Below the pieces are notes generated by a model. It was not told the origin of the DNA. It worked only from the letters and a program-made list of their open reading frames with translations, and did no database searches. A stretch of 64,000 bases of DNA from Steroidobacteraceae bacterium (GTDB taxonomy: Bacteria > Pseudomonadota > Gammaproteobacteria > Steroidobacterales > Steroidobacteraceae): NCBI GenBank assembly GCA_035275145.1, contig DATENH010000055.1, positions 3,552 to 67,551 on the forward strand, in the 5' to 3' direction. Below, piece after piece: positions 46,682 to 56,351 of this stretch; the first letter of the stretch is position 1, and every line of letters begins with the position of its first letter. The position numbers were made by a program, and so were the translations under genes.

Positions 46682-48607
46682 ATGAAAGCCTACTTCACTC
46701 GTCATGCTTCACTCGTTGCTGCCGGTCTGCTCGTTACCGCGAACTCCGGTATGGCCCAGGACTCCGCCCGCGTCACGCCGATGACACCCGACGTCGTCGA
46801 CAAGTACGAACAGACACTCCCCTCGGCTGATTTCGTTCGTCGCGAGACGATGGTGCCGATGCGTGACGGCACGAAGCTCTACACGGTCGTCGTAATGAAA
46901 AAGGGCACTGCCAATGGGCCCATCCTCCTCTCGCGCACGCCCTATGACGCTCATCACGAGACCCATCGGGTCGCGAGCCAGCGGATCGTCGACATCCTCG
47001 AAGTGATGGATGCCGAATTCGTCGAAGACGGCTACATCCGCGTCTATCAGGACATTCGTGGCCTGCATCGCTCCGAGGGCGCTTACATCATGAACCGGCC
47101 GCTGGCCGGGCCGCTGAATACCACGGGCATCGACGAGGCGACCGATGCCTACGACACCATCGACTGGCTGGTGAAGAACGTTCCCGAGTCGAACGGCAAG
47201 GTCGGCGTTATCGGCAGCTCCTACCTCGGCTTCACCGCATTGATGGCCGAGATCAATCCGCATCCCGCGCTGAAGGCAGTCGTGCCGCAGAGCCCGATGG
47301 TCGATGGCTGGATGGGCGACGACTGGTTTCACAACGGCGCGTTTCGCGTGCTCTCGCTCAACTACGCGGTCGGTCAGGCAACCAACAAAGCCGAAGGCGG
47401 TGGCGACTTCGCTCTCGGCGGCGGCGACGATTACACGCGCTACCTGGAAGCCGGCTCGGTCGCGGACTTCGTGAAGCTGCTCGGCATCGGGCACTATCCC
47501 GGCGTCCGCAAGTTCCTCGAGAACCCGGCGTATACCGACTTCTGGTCGCTGCAGGCGGTCGACAAATGGCTGGCGGCGCAGCCGCTGACGGTGCCGACCA
47601 TGCTCGAAGTCGGGCAGTGGGATCAGGAGGACAGCTACGGCGCACCCGCCGCCTATCGCGCGCTCGAACCCAAGGACACTCGCAACGACATGGTCTCGCT
47701 CGTGATCGGGCCGTGGCGCCACTCGGGAGCGAATCACTATGGCTACGATCTCGGCAGCCTGACTTTCACCGGCGATACGGCGCGCGAGTGGCGCGTGCAG
47801 TACGTGAAGCCGTTCTTCGATCACTGGCTCAAAGGCGCTCCCGATCCGCACACGCCGCCGGTGCTCACGTATGCAACGGGCGTCAACAAGTGGGAAAGCT
47901 CGCCGCGCTGGCCGATGGGCGTTGCGGCGCCGATCTATCTGGCGGCCAACGGCGTCGCCACTTTCGAGCGCCCGTCGACGGCCGGGCAATACGAATATGT
48001 GAGCGACCCCGCTCATCCGGTGCCGTTCATTCCGCGCCCGATCGACATGAGCGACCCGACGCAGTGGAAGCCCTGGCTGGTGCAGGATCAGCGCTTCGTG
48101 TCGGATCGCCCGGACGTCGCGCTGTGGAAATCCGCGCCGCTCGACAAACCGGTGCACATCATGGGTGCGCCCGAGGTCGATCTGTTTGCTGCGACCAGCG
48201 GCACCGACAGCGATTGGGTCGTGAAGCTGATCGACGTGTATCCCGACCACACCCCTGAGCCCGCTTCGCAAGGCGCGAAGCCTTCGATGGCCGGCCTCGA
48301 GCTGCCGATCGGCATCGAGATCTTTCGCGGCCGCTATCTGAAGAGCTTCGCGGCGCCGGCACCGCTCAAGGCAGGTCGCGTCGAGCACTATCGCTGGACG
48401 CTGCCGAACGTCAACCACGTGTTCCTGCCGGGTCACCGGATCATGGTGCAGATCCAGTCCAGCCTGTTCCCGCTCTACGATCGCAATCCGCAGACCTACG
48501 TGGACAACATCATGTATGCGAAGCCCGGCGACTATCGCAAGGCGACGCAGAGCATTTCGTTCGGCGGCAGCAGCGCGAGCGCCGTGGTGTTGCCGGTGGT
48601 GCGCTGA
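46682..48607 (+). CDS. CocE/NonD-family (S15 X-Pro dipeptidyl-peptidase-like) hydrolase
   Basis: ATG at 46682, a signal peptide, 'VPMRDGTKLYT...LLSRTPY' and the 'GSSYLG' nucleophile elbow. Confidence 0.88.
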   Translation: MKAYFTRHASLVAAGLLVTANSGMAQDSARVTPMTPDVVDKYEQTLPSADFVRRETMVPMRDGTKLYTVVVMKKGTANGPILLSRTPYDAHHETHRVASQRIVDILEVMDAEFVEDGYIRVYQDIRGLHRSEGAYIMNRPLAGPLNTTGIDEATDAYDTIDWLVKNVPESNGKVGVIGSSYLGFTALMAEINPHPALKAVVPQSPMVDGWMGDDWFHNGAFRVLSLNYAVGQATNKAEGGGDFALGGGDDYTRYLEAGSVADFVKLLGIGHYPGVRKFLENPAYTDFWSLQAVDKWLAAQPLTVPTMLEVGQWDQEDSYGAPAAYRALEPKDTRNDMVSLVIGPWRHSGANHYGYDLGSLTFTGDTAREWRVQYVKPFFDHWLKGAPDPHTPPVLTYATGVNKWESSPRWPMGVAAPIYLAANGVATFERPSTAGQYEYVSDPAHPVPFIPRPIDMSDPTQWKPWLVQDQRFVSDRPDVALWKSAPLDKPVHIMGAPEVDLFAATSGTDSDWVVKLIDVYPDHTPEPASQGAKPSMAGLELPIGIEIFRGRYLKSFAAPAPLKAGRVEHYRWTLPNVNHVFLPGHRIMVQIQSSLFPLYDRNPQTYVDNIMYAKPGDYRKATQSISFGGSSASAVVLPVVR

Positions 48608-48626
48608 AGCCGATCGCCGTCGGCTT
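48607..48626 (+). terminator. hairpin overlapping the hydrolase stop
   Basis: AAGCCGA-tcgccg-TCGGCTT followed by GAAAATTATT. The U-tract is weak. Confidence 0.35.
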
Positions 48627-48712
48627 GAAAATTATTCCTGCGCGCAATTTAAAGGGAACCGTTCGCGAGCCTTCTTCGTGTCCTGCTGTAAAGGCAGAAG
48701 GGCACGGACAGT

Positions 48713-49069
48713 TTGCGGCACCGAAAGAAATCGACTCCGAACGAGGATCGTTCGCCCAAGTTGCAGTGGCCGTTCACCGAGCGGCGCGTCGGCGACCGAC
48801 GCATAGCTGACCGCCGCAAAGGCGAGCGACGACTAGGTGACCGGCGCCAGGCGTCTGCGCCCGAAACCAGCGATGCGGCGCCATCGTTTACCGGCCGCGA
48901 GCGGCAGATCGTCGATCAGCTGATGCAGGGAATGACCAACCGCCAGATTGCGTACTCTCTCGGCATTGCGGAAGGGACGGTCAAGAAGCACCTGCATCAC
49001 GTCTACCAGAAACTCGGCGTGCGTAGCCGCGTGCTGCTGATCGTCGAGCAGAGCTCGAAGAATCGGTGA
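48713..49069 (+). CDS. LuxR-family HTH protein with Arg-rich repeat N-terminus
   Basis: C-terminal 'TGRERQIVDQLMQGMTNRQIAYSLGIAEGTVKKHLHHVYQKLGV'. There is no receiver or autoinducer domain. Confidence 0.75.
   Translation: MRHRKKSTPNEDRSPKLQWPFTERRVGDRRIADRRKGERRLGDRRQASAPETSDAAPSFTGRERQIVDQLMQGMTNRQIAYSLGIAEGTVKKHLHHVYQKLGVRSRVLLIVEQSSKNR
48779..48847 (+). repeat. 15-nt-period coding repeat ([DE]RR every 5 aa, five copies)
   Basis: The sequence encodes ERRVG-DRRIA-DRRKG-ERRLG-DRR. The nucleotide units are GACCGACGC / GACCGCCGC / GAGCGACGA / GACCGGCGC. Confidence 0.85.
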
Positions 49070-49967
49070 CCGTTGCCTGGCAGGCAAGGCGACCGGACCG
49101 GCCGAGCACCTCATCGAGCTCGACGGCGCAGGCCGGCAGTTGCGCCGGGAGATCGAGGTACAGATCGCGCAGCGAGCACGGTTGGAGTCCGCGCTCCAGC
49201 CAGTGCTGCAAGAGGCGCTCGAAGGCCGGTAGCAACCTCATGCCTTCGAGCTCGGCATGCAGCGTGAAAACGTGGTCGCGGCGCGGTGGCGCGAGGCTGT
49301 AATCCAGCACCACCTCCGCAACGTTGTGCTCAGTGCAGCCTGCGAGGCCGATCACTTCATCGAACGTCGGCAGCGTCGTCGGCAACTGCGGGCAAACGGC
49401 CCGTTGCTGCACAGGCGCCGGCGTGAATGGACCGATTCCGCGCGTATCGCTCGCATACTCGAATCCAAGCTCGGCTTCGAGCGCCGGCACGTATTCATTG
49501 ATCTGCCAGCCTGCCGCGCCGTGCACTTTCGGCTGATCGCGAAACACCCGCTGAAAGGCCTCGACGGCGAGCTGCATCTGCCGGCGGGTCCATGAGTCGT
49601 CGCGGGTAGTGACGTTGTCTTGCCATAGGACATGATCGTGGCAATGCACGCCGACCTCGAAGCCGGCATCGCGAACGGCGCGCATGGCGTCTTGCCCGTG
49701 CTCGCTGATGTCAGGTCCAGGCAGCAATGTGCCGTAGCACAGCGTCTTCAGTCCGTAATTTGCAGCGACCGAAGTGCGCATGACCTTGGCGAAGAAGCCC
49801 GGACGAAAGATGCGCCGCAACGCCCGGCCGGTATTGTCGGGCCCGAGGCTGAACAAAAACGTCGCGTTGACCCGATAGCGCCGCAGCAGCTCGCGCAGGC
49901 GCGGTACACCCTCCAGCGTGCCACGCAGCGTGTCGGCATCGACCTTGAGTGCAACTCGCGCAGTCAT
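48981..49967 (-). CDS. arnD: 4-deoxy-4-formamido-L-arabinose-phosphoundecaprenol deformylase (ArnD-like polysaccharide deacetylase)
   Basis: ATG at 49967 forms an ATGA overlap with the upstream stop. 'ALKVDADTLRGTLEGVP...ATFLFSLGPDNTG'. The 3' tail overlaps the LuxR gene by 89 nt. Confidence 0.85.
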   Translation of the reverse strand: MTARVALKVDADTLRGTLEGVPRLRELLRRYRVNATFLFSLGPDNTGRALRRIFRPGFFAKVMRTSVAANYGLKTLCYGTLLPGPDISEHGQDAMRAVRDAGFEVGVHCHDHVLWQDNVTTRDDSWTRRQMQLAVEAFQRVFRDQPKVHGAAGWQINEYVPALEAELGFEYASDTRGIGPFTPAPVQQRAVCPQLPTTLPTFDEVIGLAGCTEHNVAEVVLDYSLAPPRRDHVFTLHAELEGMRLLPAFERLLQHWLERGLQPCSLRDLYLDLPAQLPACAVELDEVLGRSGRLACQATVTDSSSSARRSAARGYARRVSGRRDAGAS

Positions 49968-51070
49968 CGGCCGAGGGCCGAGGTGAACGCGGCGAAACTG
50001 GTCTCGTCGATCGTCGCGAACGTGCCCGTGGGCGTCAGGTCGCGGGCCTGCTGCAGATCGTGCGCGTAGGCATCGAAGATGGCCGAAAGTGCAGTGCGCA
50101 TGTCCGTCGTCGGCCGCCACTGCAGCTCTTTGCACGTGTTCTCGATCCAGGGAACGCGTGTCTGAATGTCCTGATAGCCCTCGCCGTAGTACTTCGCCGA
50201 CGACACTTCGGTTATCCGCACGCGCTGCGCCGCCTCCCGGTACTCGGGACGCGACCGCGCCATCTCCAGCATCATCTCGGCGAGTTGCCGGATCGAGTAG
50301 TTGTTGGCGGGATTGCCGATGTTGTAGATCTTGCCCGAAGCGATGCCGCCCGGGTTTGCAATGATCCGCAGCAGGCAGTCCATCGCGTCGTCGACATAGG
50401 TGAACGAGCGCATCTGCGCGCCGCCGTCGACGAGCTGGATGTTCTCGCCGCGCACGATGTGGCCGAGGAACTGCGTCAGCACCCGCGAGCTGCCTTCCTT
50501 CGGCGTATGAATGCTGTCGAGCCCGGCGCCGATCCAGTTGAACGGCCGCACCAGCGTGAAGTCGAGCCGTCCCTCCAGCCCGTAAGCCCAGATGACCCGG
50601 TCGAGCAGTTGCTTCGCGCAGGAGTAGATCCAGCGCGACTTGTTGACCGGGCCGAGCACCAGGTTCGAGGCGTATGGATCGAACTTCGCATCCGAGCTCA
50701 TGCCGTACACCTCGGAGGTGGACGGAAAGATGATGCGCGTCCCGTACTTCACGCAGTGCCGGATGATCGGCAGGTTCGCCTCGAAGTCGAGCTCGAATAC
50801 TCGCAGCGGCTCGCGCACGTACGTCGCCGGCGTCGCAATCGCCACCAGCGGCAGCGCCAGGTCGCACTTGCGCACGTTGTATTCGACCCACTCGCGGTTG
50901 ATCGTGATGTCGCCTTCGACGAAATGAAAGCGCGGCTCGTTGCGGAAGCGCTCGACACGATCCCCCTGCAGGTCCATGCCGTAGACGTCCCAGTCGGTCC
51001 GTGCGAGCAGCGCATGCGTCAAGTGATGGCCGATGAATCCGTTGACGCCCAGGATGAGGATGCGTTTCAT
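49964..51070 (-). CDS. arnA: UDP-glucuronate oxidative decarboxylase (ArnA C-terminal-domain homolog, stand-alone)
   Basis: 'ILILGVNGFIGHHL', 'STSEVYG' and 'YSCAKQLLDR', very close to the ArnA dehydrogenase domain. Confidence 0.9.
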   Translation of the reverse strand: MKRILILGVNGFIGHHLTHALLARTDWDVYGMDLQGDRVERFRNEPRFHFVEGDITINREWVEYNVRKCDLALPLVAIATPATYVREPLRVFELDFEANLPIIRHCVKYGTRIIFPSTSEVYGMSSDAKFDPYASNLVLGPVNKSRWIYSCAKQLLDRVIWAYGLEGRLDFTLVRPFNWIGAGLDSIHTPKEGSSRVLTQFLGHIVRGENIQLVDGGAQMRSFTYVDDAMDCLLRIIANPGGIASGKIYNIGNPANNYSIRQLAEMMLEMARSRPEYREAAQRVRITEVSSAKYYGEGYQDIQTRVPWIENTCKELQWRPTTDMRTALSAIFDAYAHDLQQARDLTPTGTFATIDETSFAAFTSALGR

Positions 51071-51083
51071 GGGAGTGACTCGC

Positions 51084-52013
51084 CTAGAAAAGTCGCAGTT
51101 GTGCGTGCCCGCCGTAGCGATCCGCGAAAGAAGTCGCCGTGAAGGCGCTGCCCGCGAGCTCGACTCGCGTCAGCGTCAGTTGCTTGCCATCGCTGCAATC
51201 GAGCTGGAGCTGGCCGTCCTCGACGTACAGACACGGTGCCTGAGCCAGGTGGCGCGCCTCACCATCGAGGTAGCGGCTGCCGAGCACCCGCAAGGTCCAT
51301 TCGCCGCAGCGGCCGAACGCTCCGGGGAACGGTGGAGCGACGGCGCGTATCAAGTTGTGAATTTCCAGAGCAGGTCGATTCCATTGGATCCTGCCGTCCT
51401 GCGGCTGCCGCCGTCCGAAGTACGAGCCGCGTGCAAGGTTGAGCGGAACGCGCGGCGCATGTCCGGCGAGCAAGTCCGGCAGGCAACGCTCGAGCAATCG
51501 CTCGGCCGCTGCCGCGACCTTGAGAGATACGTCGAGCCCGGTGTCATCGATGAGAATCGGCACCGGCTCCTGGCCGACCAGCGGGCCGGCGTCGGGCACG
51601 GCCTCCATGTAGTGCAGACTGGCGCCCGTCTCGGTCTCGCCGTTGACGATGGCCCAGTTGACCGGTGCACGGCCTCGATACTTCGGCAGGAGCGAGCCAT
51701 GCATGTTCAATGCGCCGCGCGCGGGCGTCGCGAGCAGCCGATCAGACAACAGGTGGCGGTAATAGAACGAGAACAGGAAATCAGGGCTTAGCCGCTCGAT
51801 CCTGGCGATGACAGCGTCGCCATTGGGATCGGCCGGAGCGATGACTGGGATGCGATGCTGCCGGGCGAGATCGGCAACGCTGCCAAACCATCGCTGCTCC
51901 GACGGATCGTCCTCATGCGTGAGGACCAGCGGCACGTGCACACCTTGACGCACGAGCACGCGCAGGCAGCGCACACCGACCTCGCTGTACGCGAATACGA
52001 CTGCGCTGCTCAC
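51084..52013 (-). CDS. arnA: UDP-4-amino-4-deoxy-L-arabinose formyltransferase (ArnA N-terminal-domain homolog, stand-alone)
   Basis: GTG start. 'NMHGSLLPKYRGRAPVNWAI' formyltransferase motif. Confidence 0.88.
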   Translation of the reverse strand: MSSAVVFAYSEVGVRCLRVLVRQGVHVPLVLTHEDDPSEQRWFGSVADLARQHRIPVIAPADPNGDAVIARIERLSPDFLFSFYYRHLLSDRLLATPARGALNMHGSLLPKYRGRAPVNWAIVNGETETGASLHYMEAVPDAGPLVGQEPVPILIDDTGLDVSLKVAAAAERLLERCLPDLLAGHAPRVPLNLARGSYFGRRQPQDGRIQWNRPALEIHNLIRAVAPPFPGAFGRCGEWTLRVLGSRYLDGEARHLAQAPCLYVEDGQLQLDCSDGKQLTLTRVELAGSAFTATSFADRYGGHAQLRLF

Positions 52014-52987
52014 GACGACTCACCGCGCTCGGCTTCGATGACGGCCTGTACCACGTACCTGGGTCGATCGCGGACCTGCAGATAGATGCGGCCGATGTAT
52101 TCACCCAGCAGGCCGATGCCGAACAACACGATGCCGATCATCAGAAACACGATCGCGAACAGCGTGAACACACCTTCGGCTTCGGGGCCGATGAGCAGGC
52201 GACGCACGGCCAGGTACACGACGAACAGGAATGACAGGGCGGCGATGACGATGCCGGCCATCGAGAAAAGCTGCAGCGGCACGAGCGAGAAGCCGGTCAT
52301 CAGGTCGAAGTTGAGCCGGACCAGGCGATACAGCGAGTACTTCGATGTGCCGCTCTCGCGCTCCTCATGGCGCACGGGAATCTCGATCGATCGCAACGCG
52401 TACAGGCTGCCGAGCGCAGGCAGGAACGTCGTGACCTCGCGCGATTGATTGATGGCGCTGACGATCGCCCGGGAGTACCCCCGCAACATGCATCCCTGGT
52501 CAGTCATGCGAATGCCGGAGATGCGTCGACGCACGATGTTCATCGCGGCGGAAGCCTTGCGCCGCCACCACGCGTCGCGGCGCCGTTGACGAATCGTGCC
52601 GACGTAGTCGTAGCCCTCGTCGAAGCGAGCCACGAGTTGTGCAATCTCTTCGGGAGGATTCTGCAGGTCCGCATCGAGCGTCACGATGAAGTCGCCGCGC
52701 ACGCGCTCGAAACCTGCCCTGATGGCCGCGTGCTGGCCGAAGTTACCGCGCAGGATGACGATCCTCGTCTCGTGCGGCCGCTGCTGGAAGGTCTCGCGCA
52801 ACAGTGCGACCGAACGATCGGTGCTGCCGTCGTCGACGAAGATGCACTCGTACGGACGGTGCAGCGCATCGAGTGCCGGGTAGAGTCGTGCGATCAACGC
52901 CGGCAGGCACGACTCTTCATTGAACACAGGAATCACGACGCTGATCTGCGGCAGCGGGCGCAGTGCGATCTGGGCGCGCGCGCTCAT
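52010..52987 (-). CDS. arnC: undecaprenyl-phosphate 4-deoxy-4-formamido-L-arabinose transferase
   Basis: ATG at 52987 (ATGA overlap). GT2 'VVIPVFNEE...FVDDGSTD...LDADLQNPPEE'. Two C-terminal TM helices. Confidence 0.9.
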   Translation of the reverse strand: MSARAQIALRPLPQISVVIPVFNEESCLPALIARLYPALDALHRPYECIFVDDGSTDRSVALLRETFQQRPHETRIVILRGNFGQHAAIRAGFERVRGDFIVTLDADLQNPPEEIAQLVARFDEGYDYVGTIRQRRRDAWWRRKASAAMNIVRRRISGIRMTDQGCMLRGYSRAIVSAINQSREVTTFLPALGSLYALRSIEIPVRHEERESGTSKYSLYRLVRLNFDLMTGFSLVPLQLFSMAGIVIAALSFLFVVYLAVRRLLIGPEAEGVFTLFAIVFLMIGIVLFGIGLLGEYIGRIYLQVRDRPRYVVQAVIEAERGESS

Positions 52988-54105
52988 GAGCGGTTCGCCA
53001 GTACGTGCCGCAGGTTGTCGCACACACGACGAACATCGGCGTCGGCCATCGCTGGGAAGAGCGGCAGCGTCACCGTCTCGCGCCCGATTCTCGCGGCGTT
53101 CGGATAGCGGTCCTCCCGATAGCCGCGCGCTGCATAGGTCGTCAGACCGGGAATGCACGGATAGTGGACACCGATGGCGATGCCGCGCTTGCCCATGGCT
53201 TGCTGGAATTGCGTACGCGTCATGCCGAGCCGATCGAAGGGCAGCAGCAACGTGAACATGTTCCAGCAGTGCCCGTTGTCCCCGCGGTCCGGCAGTACGC
53301 CGGGTGAGTCCGCCGACAGCTCGCTGAAGTAGATGTCGGCCAGCTCGCGGCGCCGCTGACAGAAGGCGTCGAGGCGTTCGAGTTGCGCCAGGCCGATGCG
53401 CGCAGCGACGTCGGACAGGTTGAATTTCCCGCCCGCGCGCAGCACATCGATGTTGCCCTCGTCGTCGCGCTCGATGCCGTGAAAGCGTTCGGCCTCGATC
53501 AAGCGGCCTTCCTCGGCGTGGTTGTACGCGATCGCGCCGCCTTCGATCGTCGTCATGTTCTTGTTGGGATGAAAGCTGAAGCACGTGATGTCGCCGAACG
53601 TGCCGATGCGCCGGCCGCGATAGAGGCTGCCGATCGCGTGCGCCGCATCCTCGACGACGCGCAGCCCGTTCGCGGCCGCCAGCCGCTGCAGGCGATCGAG
53701 GTCCACCGGCAGACCCGCGAAGTGCACCGGCATGATGGCGCGTGTGTGACCGGAGAGCGCGCTCTCAACTTGCGACAGATCGAGATTGCGGCTGCCGAGC
53801 TCCACGTCGACGAATACCGGTACGGCGCCGACGCGCAGCACGACATTGGCGCTCGCTGCAAAGCTCATCGCCGGCACGATCACCTCGTGCCCCCTGCCGA
53901 CACCGGCCGCCAACAGGCCGACTTCGAGCGCAGCCGTGCCGGACGTGAGCGTGCGGACCGGACGACCACCGAGATAGGAGGAGAGGGCGCCCTCGAACTT
54001 GGCAACGTACGGCCCGGTAGTGATCCACCCGGAGCGCAGCACCTCGCCGACCTGAGCGATGGTCTGATCGTCGAGCGTCGGTCGCGCGAACGGCAGGTGA
54101 GTCAT
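52984..54105 (-). CDS. arnB: UDP-4-amino-4-deoxy-L-arabinose--oxoglutarate aminotransferase
   Basis: ATG at 54105. DegT/DnrJ/EryC1 family. 'FSFHPNKNMTTIEGG' carries the PLP Lys. Confidence 0.9.
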   Translation of the reverse strand: MTHLPFARPTLDDQTIAQVGEVLRSGWITTGPYVAKFEGALSSYLGGRPVRTLTSGTAALEVGLLAAGVGRGHEVIVPAMSFAASANVVLRVGAVPVFVDVELGSRNLDLSQVESALSGHTRAIMPVHFAGLPVDLDRLQRLAAANGLRVVEDAAHAIGSLYRGRRIGTFGDITCFSFHPNKNMTTIEGGAIAYNHAEEGRLIEAERFHGIERDDEGNIDVLRAGGKFNLSDVAARIGLAQLERLDAFCQRRRELADIYFSELSADSPGVLPDRGDNGHCWNMFTLLLPFDRLGMTRTQFQQAMGKRGIAIGVHYPCIPGLTTYAARGYREDRYPNAARIGRETVTLPLFPAMADADVRRVCDNLRHVLANRS

Positions 54106-54479
54106 GCGGGACTCCGAGTGAGGAGATAGACGCCCAGCACGATCACGGCGATGCCGATGAGCTTGCTGGACTCGAGCGATTCGCCGAACAGAAGCGCGGC
54201 GCCGATTGCGTTGACGATGTAGCCGATCGACAGGAGCGGATAGATGACGCTCACCGGCGCACGCGACAGCGCGAGGATCCAGATCACGACGCTCAGCGCA
54301 TAGCAGGCGATACCGCCCCACGCCCCGTAATGAGACAGGAGCTGCGGCGCTGCTGCCGCCACTCCAGGCCAGCTCAGCGTGATCTGACCCGTAGCACGCG
54401 TTGCCGCTTTGAGCAGCAATTGAGCTGCTGCGTTGAGCAACACGCCGCTGATCACGAGCACCCAGGTCACGACACTCAT
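54102..54479 (-). CDS. SMR/EamA-like small membrane protein (ArnE/ArnF-type flippase subunit)
   Basis: ATG at 54479. ATGA overlaps on both sides. 4 TM, 125 aa. Only one such gene is present. Confidence 0.7.
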   Translation of the reverse strand: MSVVTWVLVISGVLLNAAAQLLLKAATRATGQITLSWPGVAAAAPQLLSHYGAWGGIACYALSVVIWILALSRAPVSVIYPLLSIGYIVNAIGAALLFGESLESSKLIGIAVIVLGVYLLTRSPA

Positions 54480-56164
54480 CGCCGGCTCACTGCAACCCGA
54501 TGTCTGTCGCGGCCCAGGACGCGCATCGGCAGCCCGCGGCCGCGGAGATCCTCGTATGTCCGGTGCGGCATGACAGCGATGCCATCCGGCAGAGCGCGCC
54601 AGGTTTCTTCGAAGCGGGCCATGTCGTGGATGGCGTTGCCGGCTGCGTGTTGCAGCCCGTAATCCAGCTCGCCGTGCGTATCGACGAGGAACATCGTGCG
54701 CCGCAGGTAGAACGGCAGCGTCTGGTCGTAGGTCTGGACGGAGAAGATGGGCGCGTGCGCGGCGAGGTCGGCGGGGATCTGTGCCGCCAGCGATTTTCCG
54801 GACCGCAGGCCGTCGTGATGTCCGACGGTTGCGAACAGCATGGCGAGACCGGCGAACCAGGCGGCCGCAACCCCCACGATGGATCGAAACGGCCGGCCTT
54901 GCTGCGTGCAGCGCCAGCACCAGACCGCAATCGCCACTGCGACCAGATCGAACGCGGCGACGGCAGGCCAGGCACCATTGATCGCGTCCACCGCGATGGC
55001 GTCCGTATTCACGTGCGTGACGATCAGACCGTAGATCGGCAACGTCAACGCGAGCAGCACCAGAATGCCGATGCTGATGCGCAGTGCGCGCACGTCGAGG
55101 CACGACTCCCGGCTGGCAGTCAGCAGGGCAAGCGGCGGCAGGATGGGCAACACATACGGCGCCAGTTTCGAGTCGGACAGCGAGAAGAACACGACGACGA
55201 ACACGCACCAGATCCACAGCAGGCGCCGAATGTCGAAGTGCCCGCGAGGTGCGTCGTTGCGCCAGCCATTCCAGAGCGCAGCGGCCATCTGCGGCAACCA
55301 CGGCAGCACGCCCGCAACGAGGACCACCAGGAAGTACCAGGACGGTTCCACTCGCTGTGCTTCGTCGGTCAGGTAGCGCTGGAAGTGCTCGTGGATGAAG
55401 AAGAAGCGCAGAAAGTCGGGATTCGCGCGCGCGACTTCGATGAACCACGGCGCCGTCACGACCAGGAACACCGCCGCGCCCGAAACCGGCCGCAAGGTGC
55501 GCAGCATCGCCCAGTCACGTTGCCAGAAGAGATAGATACCGAGCACGGCGGCTGCGATGACGATAGCGGCCAGACCCTTGGTGAGCACGGCCAAGCCCAA
55601 TAGCAGCCAGGTTGTGAGCATCCAGAGTCGACTTTCGCGCGGCGCCGAGCTCCGGTTGACCTGCGTCAGACAGAACGCTGACAGCATGGCCGTCAGCAGC
55701 AACGTGAATGTCATGTCCAGCGTCAGGACCTGGCCCATCGCGAAATGCAGGACGCTCGAGGCAAGCAGCACAGCGGCGAGCACGCCGGTGCGCGAGGACC
55801 AGAGGCGGCGGCCGAGCAGGAAGACCAGGAGAACGTCGAGCCAGGCGGACAGCAGCGTGCAGGCGCGTGCGGTCCATTCGCCTTCGCCAGCCAACTTGTA
55901 CAGGGCGGCAGTGATCCAGTACTGCAGCGGGGGCTTCTCGATATAGGCAACGCCGTTCAAGTGCGGCGTCACCCAATCCCCGAGGAGCACTATCTCGCGC
56001 GGGATCTCGGCATAGCGGCCTTCGTCGGGATTCGCCAACGGTCGACCGAATGCCAGCGCGAACCAGATAGCGCTGAATGCGACCACCGCGCACGAGACCA
56101 GCAGAATTCTCAGTCGCAGCGAAGGTGCGACGGGCAGGAGGGCCGATGTGGGCAGGGCACTCAA
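54476..56164 (-). CDS. arnT: 4-amino-4-deoxy-L-arabinose lipid A transferase (GT83/GT39 family)
   Basis: 'NPDEGRYAEIPREI...HLNGVAYIEKPPLQYW', the ArnT signature. Polytopic. Confidence 0.88.
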   Translation of the reverse strand: MSALPTSALLPVAPSLRLRILLVSCAVVAFSAIWFALAFGRPLANPDEGRYAEIPREIVLLGDWVTPHLNGVAYIEKPPLQYWITAALYKLAGEGEWTARACTLLSAWLDVLLVFLLGRRLWSSRTGVLAAVLLASSVLHFAMGQVLTLDMTFTLLLTAMLSAFCLTQVNRSSAPRESRLWMLTTWLLLGLAVLTKGLAAIVIAAAVLGIYLFWQRDWAMLRTLRPVSGAAVFLVVTAPWFIEVARANPDFLRFFFIHEHFQRYLTDEAQRVEPSWYFLVVLVAGVLPWLPQMAAALWNGWRNDAPRGHFDIRRLLWIWCVFVVVFFSLSDSKLAPYVLPILPPLALLTASRESCLDVRALRISIGILVLLALTLPIYGLIVTHVNTDAIAVDAINGAWPAVAAFDLVAVAIAVWCWRCTQQGRPFRSIVGVAAAWFAGLAMLFATVGHHDGLRSGKSLAAQIPADLAAHAPIFSVQTYDQTLPFYLRRTMFLVDTHGELDYGLQHAAGNAIHDMARFEETWRALPDGIAVMPHRTYEDLRGRGLPMRVLGRDRHRVAVSRR

Positions 56165-56351
56165 GGACGTCTCGGGCCTCGGCGGCAGGTATGCCTCCGG
56201 GGTGTCGTTTGACGAGGCCCGCAGACCACTTCAATCGCGGCTCTTCATGACGTTTTTGCAGCGCGTATCAATTACACGGGTCGTGGATCGATTGATGCTG
56301 CCGGCGCGTCACGTCCAACACGTCTTGATGAGCACCTGGACGAATTGGACC

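Noticed and set aside
48981-50891. 636-aa track ORF that appears to be one very large gene. Other examples are 52010-53584, 52984-54321, 54102-55448, 2680-4329, 21717-23861 and 24369-25718.
   Set aside because: Only the C-terminal parts match known families (ArnD, ArnC, ArnB, ArnE/F, MFS, CoxA, CtaG). The N-terminal extensions run out of frame through the upstream gene. Internal ATG or GTG starts give the classic 4-nt overlaps with the preceding stop codons.
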